DNA from: Lama glama
Lineage: Eukaryota
Assembly: GCA_028534125.1 (NCBI GenBank)
Contig: CM052816.1
Location: 4,466,001-4,530,000 of the forward strand
DNA length: 64,000 bases
Reading direction: 5' to 3'
The first letter of the stretch is position 1. Each line of letters opens with the position of its first letter. The notes below the pieces were generated by a model. The model saw only the letters and a list, made by a program, of their open reading frames with translations, had not been told where the DNA came from and did no database searches. The translations under genes and the position numbers were made by a program. Positions 37,175 to 49,312 of this stretch are shown piece by piece.

Positions 37175-37430
37175 GTTATTACAGTTAGGGCTATGGGCTT
37201 TGGCATCAGACTGCTTTATTTCAAACTCTAATTCTACCACTTGGCGAGCTCTGTGACGTTGGGCAAGTTACTTAACCTCTCTGATCTGTAGCTTCTAATT
37301 CTCTAAAATGACACTAATAATGGCAAGCACCTCTTAGAGTTAATGAGATTAAATGAGATAATTTTTGTAAATCTCTCAGCATCTGGCCTGGCAGATGGAA
37401 AGCATAGAATAAATGGAAGTTTTTTTTTAA
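37175..37430 (+). mobile_element. MIR SINE, near full length
   Basis: tgggctttggcatcagactgc...ctgtgacgttgggcaagttacttaacctctctg...tgagattaaatgagataat. Confidence 0.88.
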
Positions 37431-37887
37431 TCACCGATTGTCCAAGTTATATATTATTGTGGGAAGGTCTTGTTTCAAGCCATGGCCTCTCATCAGCACC
37501 AGCGAAGTTAACTGGATTATGTTTGGTCGTGTCCTGAGATGTGACAAGCAGAGACATAGTTATCTTGTCCATCATTGGATTTCCATTAAAATATCATTAA
37601 GATTAAAAGTACTATAAAATCTTAATTAGGGCATTAATTTCCACAGTAATAAATTAAAATTTTCAGGTCAGCTGTAATAACTATAATAAACAAGGAAGAA
37701 GAAAAAAAGGAAAAACTCTGAAAACTAGACCTCTCCACTTCAGATTTTAGCCTTATTTCTCAGTTGATATTTTCAGTCAAAATTTGTTTTTCTTCAATTT
37801 TAATACACAAACATTCATTTGGAGACTCTATTTCTTCTCTCAAGCTTTGTACGATTCTGAGTGCATGTTTGAGCATAACAATTACCC

Positions 37888-38060
37888 CGAAAAAGAGAAG
37901 CTTGGGGATGGTTTAATAACAGTCTTCAAATATGTGAAAAGTTATTACATGGAACATGATGACCAGCTGTTCCCTACTTCCACAGAGGACCAAGAAAAAT
38001 AAATAGGCTGAAAATTACAGGGGCTGACAATCTGAGGTAGATTCACTGAAGAACTTTGCA
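37888..38060 (+). mobile_element. L3/CR1 LINE ORF2 C-terminal remnant
   Basis: Translation EKEKLGDGLITVFKYVKSYYMEHDDQLFPTSTEDQ resembles the CR1 ORF2 C-terminal motif (EKRRLRGDLI..FKYLKG...DQLFS). Confidence 0.8.
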
Positions 38061-38324
38061 GAGTACAAAGTCACTGTAGAAAAACACTAAGAAAAGAGTT
38101 TAGGAAATAGAAGCTTAGCAAAAAGTACTGGACAGAGATTCAGGAGATGTCGGTTCTTGGGCCAGCTTGAAACCCAAGACTCTCTGCAAGTCCCTCAGCC
38201 TCTGAGACTGTTTCCTAATCCACAGACTCTTCCACACATTCCTTACGTATACAGTGGGGTCACAGCATCACCAGAACTTCCCTGGGATTCGACAGTCATG
38301 GATACAAATAAGGTTACTTTAGAA

Positions 38325-38562
38325 CAGTGGTCCTCTACTGGAAGTGATTTTCCCTCCCAGGGGACATTTGGGAATGAGACTGGAAACATTTAATTGCCAT
38401 GACTGGAGGAGATGAGGAGCTACTGGCATCTAATGAATAAAGATCAGGGGCACTGCTAAATATCCTACAAAATATAGGGCATGCCCCTACCCCCTCAAGC
38501 CCCCACCCAACAAACAGTCAACTGGTTCAATGTGTAAAGAGTGCCAGGGCTGAGCAACCCTG
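38325..38562. mobile_element. MER20 hAT element, full length
   Basis: cagtggtcctc...cccaggggacatttggg...gctactggcatcta...gtgccagggctgagcaaccctg. Confidence 0.88.
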
Positions 38563-38659
38563 CTCCAGAGTAAGAAGCTAACTTTCCGTAGTTTGTACAC
38601 CTACCATTTAACCTCACATCTCAAAGCCCAGGTTTTGCCCAGACATTTGAGAGCCTTTG

Positions 38660-38945
38660 GGTATGGAAGCTATTGCTGTTCACTAGTATTTCTAGCTCTC
38701 TGCCTCCTAGGTCATGGTAGGGATGCAGTTTCCCATGCCCTCTGAAATGATGGGTAGCCATGTGACTTGCTTTAGCCAATGAAATGTGAGTGCAAGTGAT
38801 GTGCTTCACTTGCAAGTCTACTGAATGATTCACTGTGTTCTTTCTACTATAGCGACAGTCTTGGAAGCACAGGTCATGGGTCACAGTGAAGCCTCTGTCC
38901 TCCTGGCTTCCTCAGCCAACCTGTGCCAACCTGGTTGGACACATT
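38660..38945 (+). mobile_element. MaLR LTR (MLT1I/J-like)
   Basis: gccatgtgacttgctttagccaatgaaatgtgagtgcaagtgatgtg. Confidence 0.78.
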
Positions 38946-39019
38946 AGAAGTAAACATTTTTCCCATAGTTGGGCAGATCCAACATGGATCATTATGAAAA
39001 TGCAAAAATATGATTAAAA

Positions 39020-39200
39020 GAGTGTTGTTAGGAGCATAGGTTGTCAGGTCAAACCTCCTTAATTTAAACCCACCCACTGCTTATTAGTTATTTAACTTCC
39101 CTGCCCTCCAGTCTTCTCATGAGTAAAATGGGATAACAATGGCATCTTCCTTTGATATCATATGGGAATATGCATGTAGCAGACTAAGTAAAGTTCCTTG
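39020..39200 (+). mobile_element. MIR SINE
   Basis: gttaggagcatagg...cttctcatgagtaaaatgggataacaat. Confidence 0.7.
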
Positions 39201-39415
39201 CTTACTGTTCTAAGAACTTTATAAATTTTAAATCATGTATTTCTTGAAACAACTTTGTGAGGTTATTACTATTATTACCCCCATTGTATGGATGAGAAAA
39301 CTGAGGCACGAAGAAGTTAAGTGACTTGTTTAAACCTACAGAATCAGGAAATGACAGAGAGTATCCAGACGGAGGCTGTCTGGCTACAGAGTCGATGCTA
39401 TTAACCATGACACAA
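39200..39415 (-). mobile_element. MIR SINE
   Basis: ccccattgtatggatgagaaaactgaggcacgaagaagttaagtgacttg. Confidence 0.88.
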
Positions 39416-39489
39416 TTACGACAAGGAGGAGGATGATCATGGTGGTGGTGGTGGGTGGTGGTGGTGGTGATGTCTCTGTCTTAAGAATA

Positions 39490-39655
39490 CGTGATGTGTC
39501 ACTGGGCCACACTGAATCACAGACAAGTATAGGGCCCAGACTCAACCCTCAGAGAGTTCACAGTCGATTAGGGAAGATAAGATGTGAGCTTTAAAAACTC
39601 CCCAGCAAGGTAAGATGTGGTAAGTGCCATAAAACAGATACAGGTAAGTACTTGG
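39490..39655 (-). mobile_element. L2 fragment
   Basis: ccctcagagagttcacagtcgattagggaagataag...gtaagtgccataaaacagatacag. Confidence 0.6.
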
Positions 39656-41308
39656 CAATTTTATTAAATCTCCCATTTAACCCTCAGTTAACCTAAAAAT
39701 TCAATTAACCAGAAGCATTACCCATATGTTGCCATTAATCAAGGTTTTATAGTATCAGTTGAACCCATTTAACCCTAATAAGCAGATGATTGCATATGGA
39801 TTGCAAGAGGATTTAGGCGCACAATAACTCAGAAATGGACTCCATGGTTAAGTGTTTTCCTAAAAGCAAAGAGAACATTGCTATGCAGAAAGGGAGGAAG
39901 AGGAAAAACAAATGTTTAACACAATGCAGTACTGAAGAGGGAGAAATGCTGGTTTATGGAAGACTAAGTAGGTCAGAGGAGAAAGAAAGAGCCCTTGGCA
40001 TCTCTGATGTTTTCTGGGTAACGTCTGTCAGAACAGATGGCCCTGCTTTTCCAGCAGACAGTCCAAAGGGCAATAACTGGTGAAGCAAGGTGTGCCTGTC
40101 TATATAAAACCAACTGTGAGGGTGGACAAACCAGCACTTTTTGAGCCCCTAAGCATGATTATAAAGAATGGTTAAAGACCTCAATAGACAAGGAGATTTA
40201 GGACATGTACAGAGGAACCATGGAGATGCTGCTTCCCTGTATACGGTGACCTTCTTCCCTTCCAACCTGGGAAAACTCAATTCATCCTTCAAGACCCAAC
40301 TCCAGTGCCCTGGGAACTGTCACCTAAACACTCTGGAAAGAACTGCATTGCCCCCTTTCCCATATTCACGTGATTCTTTATGTCTTCTCTCTACTAGTGC
40401 TCACACTGCAATGTACACGATAGGCTTTTCAAGAAAGAAGAACACAATGTGGTCCTGAGAGTTATAAAGAGTGTTATCAAGATCAATATATACACCACTG
40501 AACACAAAGGTCTGGAACATCTCCCTCTCTAGACAACTATGTTCCTTTTCTAGCTTTATGAGCCATGTGTCAATGCTAATAACTCAGCCGTACTCGATGA
40601 GCATGTATCTCATTGTGAAAATTAGCTTTATAGTGTTCCTCAGCCTCAGTAAATAATGAAATACGTTCATACCCCAAGCCAAATGTCCAAGCAGATAAGT
40701 GAAGCTTTTGTTAGTGGTTGAGAGGGAGGGAGTGTGGTACAAGAGCTCAGATTTCATTTATGAGTAAGACTAATCCTATTGCTGAGCGACAGTAACAAAT
40801 CAAAAATTCATCAAATTGAACTGATTTCTCCCACTTGAGAGCGTATTAGGTCATGACAATAATGGAGTGTAACATTCCCCTTGAAGATGCTTTCTTAATC
40901 CCACTCAGCTGGAGCTCAGCTTCCCTAACCCATTGTCTCATCATACTTTGTACCTCCAGTCTGGCACTTTTGTTTGCTGTGGCTGAGTCTGCCTCCCCAG
41001 CAAGAGCGTGACAGTTGTTTGGCCAGGAATTAAACTTTCCTTGTGTCTCTTAAACTGGGTGGAAAAGATGACCTTTCTCATCCGTCTTCCTAACTGCAAC
41101 CTAAGAGCTGAGTCAAACCCGTCCTCCCTTTTAAGAGAGCAATGAAGGACCTCATTCTGAGACAAGGGAGTGGATGTGAGCTGGATGAGCGCATTAGAAT
41201 CAAGGAATCAAGGTTACTGTCTACTGTGTTCAACAGTTTGAGCTTAGCAGCCCCTAAAATCATTGCAGGCAGAAATACTTAAATAAGTAAAAACCTCAAA
41301 TTTCATAC

Positions 41309-41863
41309 TGTTGAGGAAGAATGTGTTACAGCTCGGTTGTGACAGCAACCTGGATCTGGGCAAGAGACCAAGCAGCACTCAGAGAGTTGGAGAACTCAGG
41401 TTTATTATGCCAGCAGGCCCAGAGGAGTTAACACTTTAAGCTCTGGACCCTGTCTGAAGGTTTACACAGGCCTTTTATAGGCTGCCAGTTTTACACTTTG
41501 CAACATCATATGCAAGTAAAGTACAACAGAAGTTGACCAAAGAGGAACAAGCTTTGCAGAAATAGACCAAACAGGAGTGAGCTCCATGCAAATGAAGTAG
41601 TATAAATGGACCAATCAGAAGTTAGGGAAGTGGACCAATCAGAAGTGGGAGTAATAACCAATCAGGCGTGACAGTAATAACCAATCAGGAGTGAAGGAAA
41701 TAACCAATCAGAAGTGAGCTCAGGGAACCAATAGAATTCTAGGTGTAAGTTAGCCGCTTTAGAGGCAGAAAGTGAGATAGAGCCTCTGGGCCTGGGAACC
41801 TGACGGTGCTAAGCGGCCCTGCCTAGGGGAACTGCTGGTCTTTTTATGGGGCTTCCCGCCTCA
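41309..41863 (-). mobile_element. Lineage-specific ERV solo LTR with tandem CCAAT array
   Basis: TG...CA ends, near-perfect 4-bp TSD atac/atat; minus-strand TATA (cctataaaagg, 41471-41481) and AATAAA (41401-41406). Confidence 0.85.
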
Positions 41864-43309
41864 ATATTAGCAAATCTGGAGCCAAACTTTCACTTGCAGA
41901 TTGGAATAACTTTCATTTCCCAGCCACTCTTCTAAACCAATTTCATCCAAATAATGCTGTGAATACATGGTCTTGGATGACCACTGGACAAATGAATTCC
42001 TGGAATGGCATTTCCCTTCTGAGATTTCTAACAGACTTATACTGAACGTTGCCAATGAGATCTGAAGCCAGTCAATGACTTTTCTTGTAGTGTCTGTGTA
42101 ACTGTACGTGTGAGTATGATATGGGCCACTCTACTTAAAGAGTTGTTTCTGCTTCTGACAATACCATCTTAACCTTCTCATTAAAAGGCTTTATATTACC
42201 AAGCATTCACTTCAATCTATTAAACACATAGTAATGTAACTATTTAAGTTTATAAGGTACATCATAATTCCAGCCAGGACAAACAAAATCAAGCTGCAGA
42301 AACACCAGTACACAATGTGACCTCACGTTCAAAAAAAAAAAAATCATAATAAATTCCTTCCCTAGTATTACCTTCCAACATGTACTTTACAAGCTGCATG
42401 TGTTACAACTCCCACTATTACTATGAGGGACAAGTTAAAACAACTGAACTAGCATTCTTACATAGGTGGCCCTGGAGATAAGGCTTGCTAGTTCACTAAG
42501 AGGATAATAAACTAGAAAAATTCACTTGGAGATTAAGACATTCATTTTTTCACTCAACACATAATTACTAGAGCACCACCATGTAAAGGGAATCCCACAA
42601 GGTGCTATAGTAGGCTTTGGCTCCAATTCTGTGGCACTTACAGTTTGGAGCTAGGACTTACCAACTTAACCCACTTCCCTCTTGCATTTTGCAGAAGTGA
42701 TGGCTGAGGCTTAATTTATGTAACTTGCCCAAGACTCACGTCCAATGAATGAGACAGACAAAACACGGACTAGAGGAAGGAGCCATCACTTAAAATACGT
42801 AATTGGTTACAGTTATTTCCAACAATAATATTGGCCAACACTGTGGGTCCTATAGTTAAATTTGTCCTCACCACCTTTGCTAATTCCTTTCTGTACCCTG
42901 TCCACTGACCTCCTCCAAAGAGTATTTTAAATAGACCACCAAAAGTGTTCCAAGTACTATGCTTGGCGTGAGGAGTTTAACAGAACAGTATCCAGGGAGG
43001 AAACAGAGATTAGCCCACAGAGAAAAATAAGGAGATTCTGGTTTTCACCTACCTTGTGGTAAGGGGGGTTATGTTGGTATCAGTGGCAAAGTAATTCAGA
43101 CAAGCCCTGCTGCTGAGGACAGTCAGAAAATATGGACAAAATATATAAGTGTCTCCTTAAAGGTGTCAGAGAGGTAGTAAGGTTGTGAAAAATGTCCTGG
43201 AAGAGGAAGTGTACAGGTAAGTCAGACATTAGAGTCACCTTTGACCTTAGGACATTTATAAAGTTGGGATAGAAGTTAGAGGCCGAACAGCACTTTTGAC
43301 AGCCTCCTG

Positions 43310-43517
43310 GGGATTGTTCACATAGAAAACCCAAAACAACCTATGGGTAAATTATTAGAATCAACAAGTGAGTAGATGGATAGAAACTCAATATTAAAAA
43401 TACTAACAGACAGTAAACAAAATTTAAACCAAATTGTAAAAACTTCAAAAATTCTTAATACCTTGAAATTATTCTAATAAAATATATACAAGACCAGTAT
43501 TCTAGAAATCATAAAAT
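43310..43517 (+). mobile_element. Ancient L1 ORF2 fragment
   Basis: gattgttcacatagaaaacccaaaacaacctatgggtaaattattagaatcaacaagtgagt. Confidence 0.7.
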
Positions 43518-43688
43518 TAGTGATTCTCAAAGTATGATCTTGGGACCAGTATCATGAGCATCACTTGGGAACTTTTTAGAAATGCAAATACTCAGGTCAC
43601 AACCTAGATGTACCTGGACTCTGGGACTGGGACCCAGCAACTGAAATTTTAACAAGCCTCCTAGGTAATTCTGAGGCATGCCGAAGTT
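43518..43688. mobile_element. MER5A, truncated by the gap
   Basis: agtgattctcaaagtatgatcttgggaccagtatcatgagcatcacttgggaac...tttaacaagcctcctaggtaattctga. Confidence 0.85.
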
Positions 43689-44188
43689 NNNNNNNNNNNN
43701 NNNNNNNNNNNNNNNNNNNNNNNNNNNNNNNNNNNNNNNNNNNNNNNNNNNNNNNNNNNNNNNNNNNNNNNNNNNNNNNNNNNNNNNNNNNNNNNNNNNN
43801 NNNNNNNNNNNNNNNNNNNNNNNNNNNNNNNNNNNNNNNNNNNNNNNNNNNNNNNNNNNNNNNNNNNNNNNNNNNNNNNNNNNNNNNNNNNNNNNNNNNN
43901 NNNNNNNNNNNNNNNNNNNNNNNNNNNNNNNNNNNNNNNNNNNNNNNNNNNNNNNNNNNNNNNNNNNNNNNNNNNNNNNNNNNNNNNNNNNNNNNNNNNN
44001 NNNNNNNNNNNNNNNNNNNNNNNNNNNNNNNNNNNNNNNNNNNNNNNNNNNNNNNNNNNNNNNNNNNNNNNNNNNNNNNNNNNNNNNNNNNNNNNNNNNN
44101 NNNNNNNNNNNNNNNNNNNNNNNNNNNNNNNNNNNNNNNNNNNNNNNNNNNNNNNNNNNNNNNNNNNNNNNNNNNNNNNNNNNNNNNN
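43689..44188. other. Assembly gap (500 N)
   Basis: Run of N. Confidence 1.
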
Positions 44189-45020
44189 CACTTTACCAAA
44201 GAAGACATCCAAATGGCTAGCAGACATAGGAAGATGAGCTTATTAACCATCATGGGAATACAAAGTAAAACCGCAAAATGATATTACTCTACATACCCAC
44301 CAAACTAGCCAAGAAAACCAAAATTAACTGACAATTTCAACCATTACCAAGGATGTGAAACAAAGGGAACTCTCAAAATTCTGCTGCTGGGAGTGTAAAT
44401 TAACACCACCACTTAGGAAAATTAAGCAATATCTACTTAAAGTGAACACATGTATTACTGATGACTTGGTAATTCCACACCTAGAAGTATGTCCATCAGA
44501 AATACATATTTATGTGCACAAAAGGAAATGGACAAGAATGTTCACAGCAGCATCTGTCTCATGGGCCAAAACCCCAAAGTTTATCAACAACAGACTGAAC
44601 AAATCCATGACAGTGTATTCACACAACAGAGAACAGCAGTGAAAAGGAAGTAACTACAGCTGTAATGACTGTCACAGATGCGATGTCATAAAAGAACTCA
44701 GACACCAGCGTCCGTTAGGATTTGGCTATTCAAAATTCCAAAACAGCCCTGACCATAGTGTTTACAGATACATACTTCAGTGCTAAAATATAAAGAAAAG
44801 AAAGCGACTATCGTAAAGCCAGAATAATGGTTACCTTTAACGGGAGGGAGAGAGTTGGTGCTGAGACCAGTCATTTGGGAGGATCATTGGTGCTGGCAGT
44901 GCTGTTTCTTGTTCTGGATAACAGCTATACAGATGGTTACTTTATAATTATAAATGACAATTGGAGCCCTACATTTATTTTTTTTCTTCAGTAAGAGTAT
45001 AACATTTTAGTAGAAAAACT
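44189..45020 (+). mobile_element. Ancient L1 (L1ME-like) ORF2 end and 3' UTR
   Basis: accaaagaagacatccaaatggctagcagacatagg...caagaatgttcacagcagcat...gaataatggttaccttt. Confidence 0.85.
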
Positions 45021-46181
45021 TTACAAGAGAGGGAGGCACCACAGTCCCATCACATACCAGGTTTTCACTAAATTTTAACTCTCATTATTATTATTATGAA
45101 CAGAAAGTTCAATAAGCAACCAAAAGCTAAGATATGAGACCTGGAGAGGTTTTTGTCGTTAAAATGCCTCACCATTGCCTACACAGCAGAATTTCCCAAA
45201 TTCCTTTATACACTTGATGACACTTTTGAGGTGGAGTGGCTGAGAATAGTCAAGTGACTTTTTTAAGGGTAGAAAGCTACTAAATGCCTTGTACAGAACT
45301 TGAACCTGAGCGTTCTTGGAGCCAGCCCAGCATGTTCTCCTAACCCCAGGAAGCGGATGGTGAGGAGGGAAAGGAAACTGCAGGAAGAGTGATTAGGCAA
45401 GTGGGAAGTGCTGGTGTGCGGATCTGCTGACCCAGTCCTAATAATAATGGTTGCTGTTTAGGATTTTTGACTCTGCTTTTATCAGTGTAGGTGGGCAGTT
45501 TTGCTTTGTTTTTGCAGAGGACAATCTTGCTAAGGCCATTTAACTAAGGAGAAGGTAAAAATGGGAAGGCTCTGATCATGTACTAAAAGACAAGTTTTCT
45601 TTCTTTGGGTCGTGGCTGCTTGAACCTAGGTTAGCACTAGGGTGAGGTCATGTTGAATTCTCAGCTTCTGTTAAACTCTTTTCATAACATCCACTGCTGC
45701 AACAATAATCACCCTCCAAAACTGTGGGTGCTGGAACTCACTCTCTGCAAGCTTCTTAAGAAACTGTTATATCTCACCTATGAATAAATTACCTACCATG
45801 AATGCACTTCAGCCCCAGAATAATGAGATATGCCCCGACCCCATTAGCTCGCATCAGTGTAACTACACGAATGCTAATTGTAATACTCTGTTATTTGCAC
45901 ACAGAATCAAGGGGCAATGTCCTGCCTTAAGAGTTTAATGGCTCTGAAGCAGCAAGAAGCAGACTGCGTTATCCCTCTCTGGCTTTTCAGCAGCTGGTGG
46001 CCTCTGCAGGAAAATGCAAATACAGAAGCAGAGTAGATGAACCTTGGATATGTTTGCATTTACACCTGCTAATTAAATCACAGGGAAAAACAAAAAACCT
46101 CATCTTCCCAGCTGAAAATCTTCTAACTCAGGAGCCCCACCCAGGCAGAAGCCAAGAGTGCATTATATATGTCATGTGGAG

Positions 46182-47083
46182 CGCTGCTATCCAATATACA
46201 TACAAGGTGAGTCAAAATTGAGAGCAACATATGTGACTTTAAATTTTCTAGTATTTAAAGAAATAAATAGGTGAAATTAATTTTAATGGTCTATTTAGCC
46301 TACTGTCACCAAAATATTATTTCAATATGTAATCACAATTTTAAAAGTTGAGATATTTTACAACTATATTCAATATACAACTATATTTCTGTTTTCATAG
46401 TGAATCTTCAAAATGTGATGTGTGTTTTGGACTTACAGTTGTAGGGAAGGGAAGAAAACCCTCTTCCTCTGCCCTCTTAGGGCGAGTCACTGAGGCCTGC
46501 AAATTAAACTGATGAATAACAGATTAACAGGAGAAAAGTACACAAATTTAATTTGATATTAGTATTTTAATTTTTACATGTGCAGAGGCCTTCACAGAAA
46601 AGACTCAAAGAGGTAGTGAGACCTAAGGTCTTATTACCATTTTAACAAAGGGTGATAAATGTGGAGAAGTGACTAGACGTAAGAAACGGGGGTGTGAAGT
46701 TGTGGGAAGGTAAATATATGGGGGATACTAATTGAAATCAGGGCTATTTTAGTAAGGTCTGTTTTTGAAGGCCCATCCATGCTGTCTTACTGTGATAATG
46801 GTTGCTTTCCTCCCCCACGCACGGGGGAGAGGAGGAGTGACACCTTCTCAAGGAGAAATGTATGCCCAGCTTTGAGGCAGATGGGTGGGGGCGGGGCAGA
46901 GCGCTCTCTGCACCAATTGTTTCTCAGTTGCCTTCAGCTCAAAATAATCTTTATGCCAGAGTGGCATATTTTAGGGTAGCCTATCCTGAGCCCCTTCACA
47001 GCTCATCTCAGTTTGGACTCGACACATTTCAGCTGATTAACCACAAGGTAAGTGACTAGTGGCTGCGGGACCAGACACCGCTG
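46182..47083. mobile_element. MER33 hAT element split by an LTR
   Basis: ctgctatccaata...catatgtgactttaaattttctagta...ggtgaaattaattttaat; resumes catctcagtttggactcgacacatttca...gactagtggct. Confidence 0.82.
46440..46998 (-). mobile_element. MER34-family ERV1 solo LTR
   Basis: Reverse complement starts tgaaggggctcaggataggctaccctaaaatatgccactctggcataaagattattttgagctgaaggcaa; TSD cagt/cagc. Confidence 0.85.
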
Positions 47084-47577
47084 TCCTAGAGGATCTCAGT
47101 GTTCTTTAGAGAATAGGTTCTCTGAATGAAAATGAAACCTAGGAACTATATTAGGCTAGGAGTATAAAGTGTTTAGCATAATCTCTAAAAATGTGGGAAG
47201 CTCTCGTAAATGATAGCTATTATTATTAATATTATTGTTGTTTATTTCGGGTTGAATAGTTTGGGCTTGTTTTATATAAAAGTCCACATTGGAATTTTTA
47301 TAGTTTTCTCTGGCCTCTAAGTACAAAGCACCCAAATCTTATTATATATAACACTTGTAAATGCCATGCATAATATTACATTTAGCCACAGCTTTCCTGA
47401 CGTAGGTATCTCACACTTCAATCTTTTTTTACCATATGTTGGATTTTACCATAGCTGCATACCACCTGTACTATTATTTCAGATTTGTCTTCAAATCACC
47501 TTATTTCTTTAAGTTGAATATTTGAGACCTTACTCTCATCCTAGGAAGTCACAGTCCTCAAATCAGGAGTTTGATAA

Positions 47578-47640
47578 GATACATATATACACACACACAC
47601 ACATATATATATGTACATATATATACACACACACATATAT
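47578..47640. repeat. Compound (CA)/(TA) microsatellite
   Basis: acatatatacacacacacacacatatatatatgtacatatatatacacacacacatatat. Confidence 0.9.
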
Positions 47641-47764
47641 AAATTTCCTAATGTTAAAATAAATGCATAAATTTTTTAAAAAGTCTCTGTATCTCTCCTA
47701 AAGAAATCCTATATGCACAGTAGTACACCTGACATATTTTGAAGACAAAACGTATTAACACAGC

Positions 47765-47980
47765 ATTCCATCCTAGCTCTGCTATCTTCAAGCTTTGTGG
47801 TCTTGGCAGATTACATAAGCCCTCTAACCGTTTGCTGTCCTATCTGTAAAATGAGTATAGCAAGAGTATCTATAGCTCAGGGATTCTGAGCATTAGATGA
47901 GATGATGCATAGAAAGTGTTGAGCACAGTGGCTGGTTTTCTTGAGTGCACTGATCAAGAATTGTTAGCTCTGTCTTTACT
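47765..47980 (+). mobile_element. MIR SINE
   Basis: cctagctctgct...ctatctgtaaaatgagtatag...ttgagcacagtggctgg. Confidence 0.8.
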
Positions 47981-49049
47981 ATAAGCGATCTATAATAGTG
48001 TACAAAGCATTTCCTGAGTATTATGTTCATAAGATTACACTACAGAAACCAAGGATCCTTATTTCTATGGTAGAGATAAGGGAACAGTGCCTGATAGCTT
48101 GTCCAGAGTTCATGGCCAGTTTGCAACAAAGCTGGTCTCCAATTCAAGTCGTTGAAGTCATATCCATTGCTACATCCACTAAACTACATTGGTCATGGCA
48201 GGAAATGTGTTGCCTGTTTTTAATCTTGCCACCTACTGAAAAACGAATTTTTCCAGTGGCAAAATACTGAGCCCAGAAAGTTGAAGAGTCTAACCTTGCG
48301 TGGCCATCAGTAAGCATTTATGGAGTCCCTAGAGAGTGCAAAGCCCTTCTCACCAAGAAGATGCTTTCCTCTGCTCTCTTAGCTAACCACAGAACAGGTC
48401 TCTGTGAAATTCCTCCTCAGAGCAAACACTCAAATGGAGGTGACAGTGAAGCTATCCCATCAATTTGGGCAACTTATCACCAGGTGAATGAAAGAATCTG
48501 AGCAACTTTTCAGGCAATGTGGTTCTGGTGCCTAAAATAGTTTGGTATGTCGGGTTGGAGAAGAGGGTGGAATGTTCTTTGGGAATTTAATTTTCAAGTC
48601 AAAGTCTAAATTCTTTGTTTCACTCTGTGAAATTGTCAAGGCACAGTCTTGGTGTCTCTCGTAGAGGAAGGACAGATTCTGCCTTTCAACAAACCCAAGA
48701 AACCTTTCGTGGCAAATTTAAGTCAGAAAATCATGCCAGAAAATATTCCTCCAGACAGGAGGCAGCTATAAAAAAAAAAAAACTGTGGCTCCTGTTCATA
48801 AGGGCTAAAAAACTGCACTACCAATGCCACCTTTTCTTGTTTTTCTTCTTTATGAATATTTCTGTAATTAAATGAAAGTAGAATATGGATTACAACCAAT
48901 CGTAATCAATTTCCAGAAGACAACTACCTATAAAAAGCTAAAAATATAGAATCTGTAGCATATCATTTAGATTGCTATAATACTCTTTTAAAAAATTTAT
49001 ATATATGTTGGCCAGCTCCCCAACAAACATGCAAATTCTGTAAGGGCAC

Positions 49050-49312
49050 ATAATTCAGGAAGGTATACAGTTGAGTGAAAAAAAGTTGATTCTAAAAGGC
49101 TTTGTTACATATGATCCTATTTCTGTGAAACAACAACTACATACAAACATCTATTTTATCTCTGTATCTCTCTCTCTCTCTATCTTTCTGGAAGAGATTA
49201 CATCAAAATGTTAACAGTGTCCCTCTGGTTGGGGAGCAGGTTTTTCTCTTCAGAAAGCTTTTTATTCTAACTTAAAGAATGTGTGTTATTTGTAGTATAT
49301 TTTTCAAACTAT
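49050..49312 (+). mobile_element. Ancient L1ME 3' tail
   Basis: cagttgagtgaaaaaaag...tctggaagagattacatcaaaatgttaacagtg. Confidence 0.65.

Noticed and set aside
39020..39415. Inverted MIR pair as a dsRNA/editing substrate
   Set aside because: Copies are too diverged for stable pairing, and the arrangement is common
41605..41735. Regularly spaced repeats superficially like a CRISPR array
   Set aside because: 23-24 bp tandem units with no unique spacers, inside an ERV LTR U3 in a mammalian genome; no cas genes
43597..44253. Long ORFs of 180-218 aa
   Set aside because: Almost entirely translated N gap; artefact
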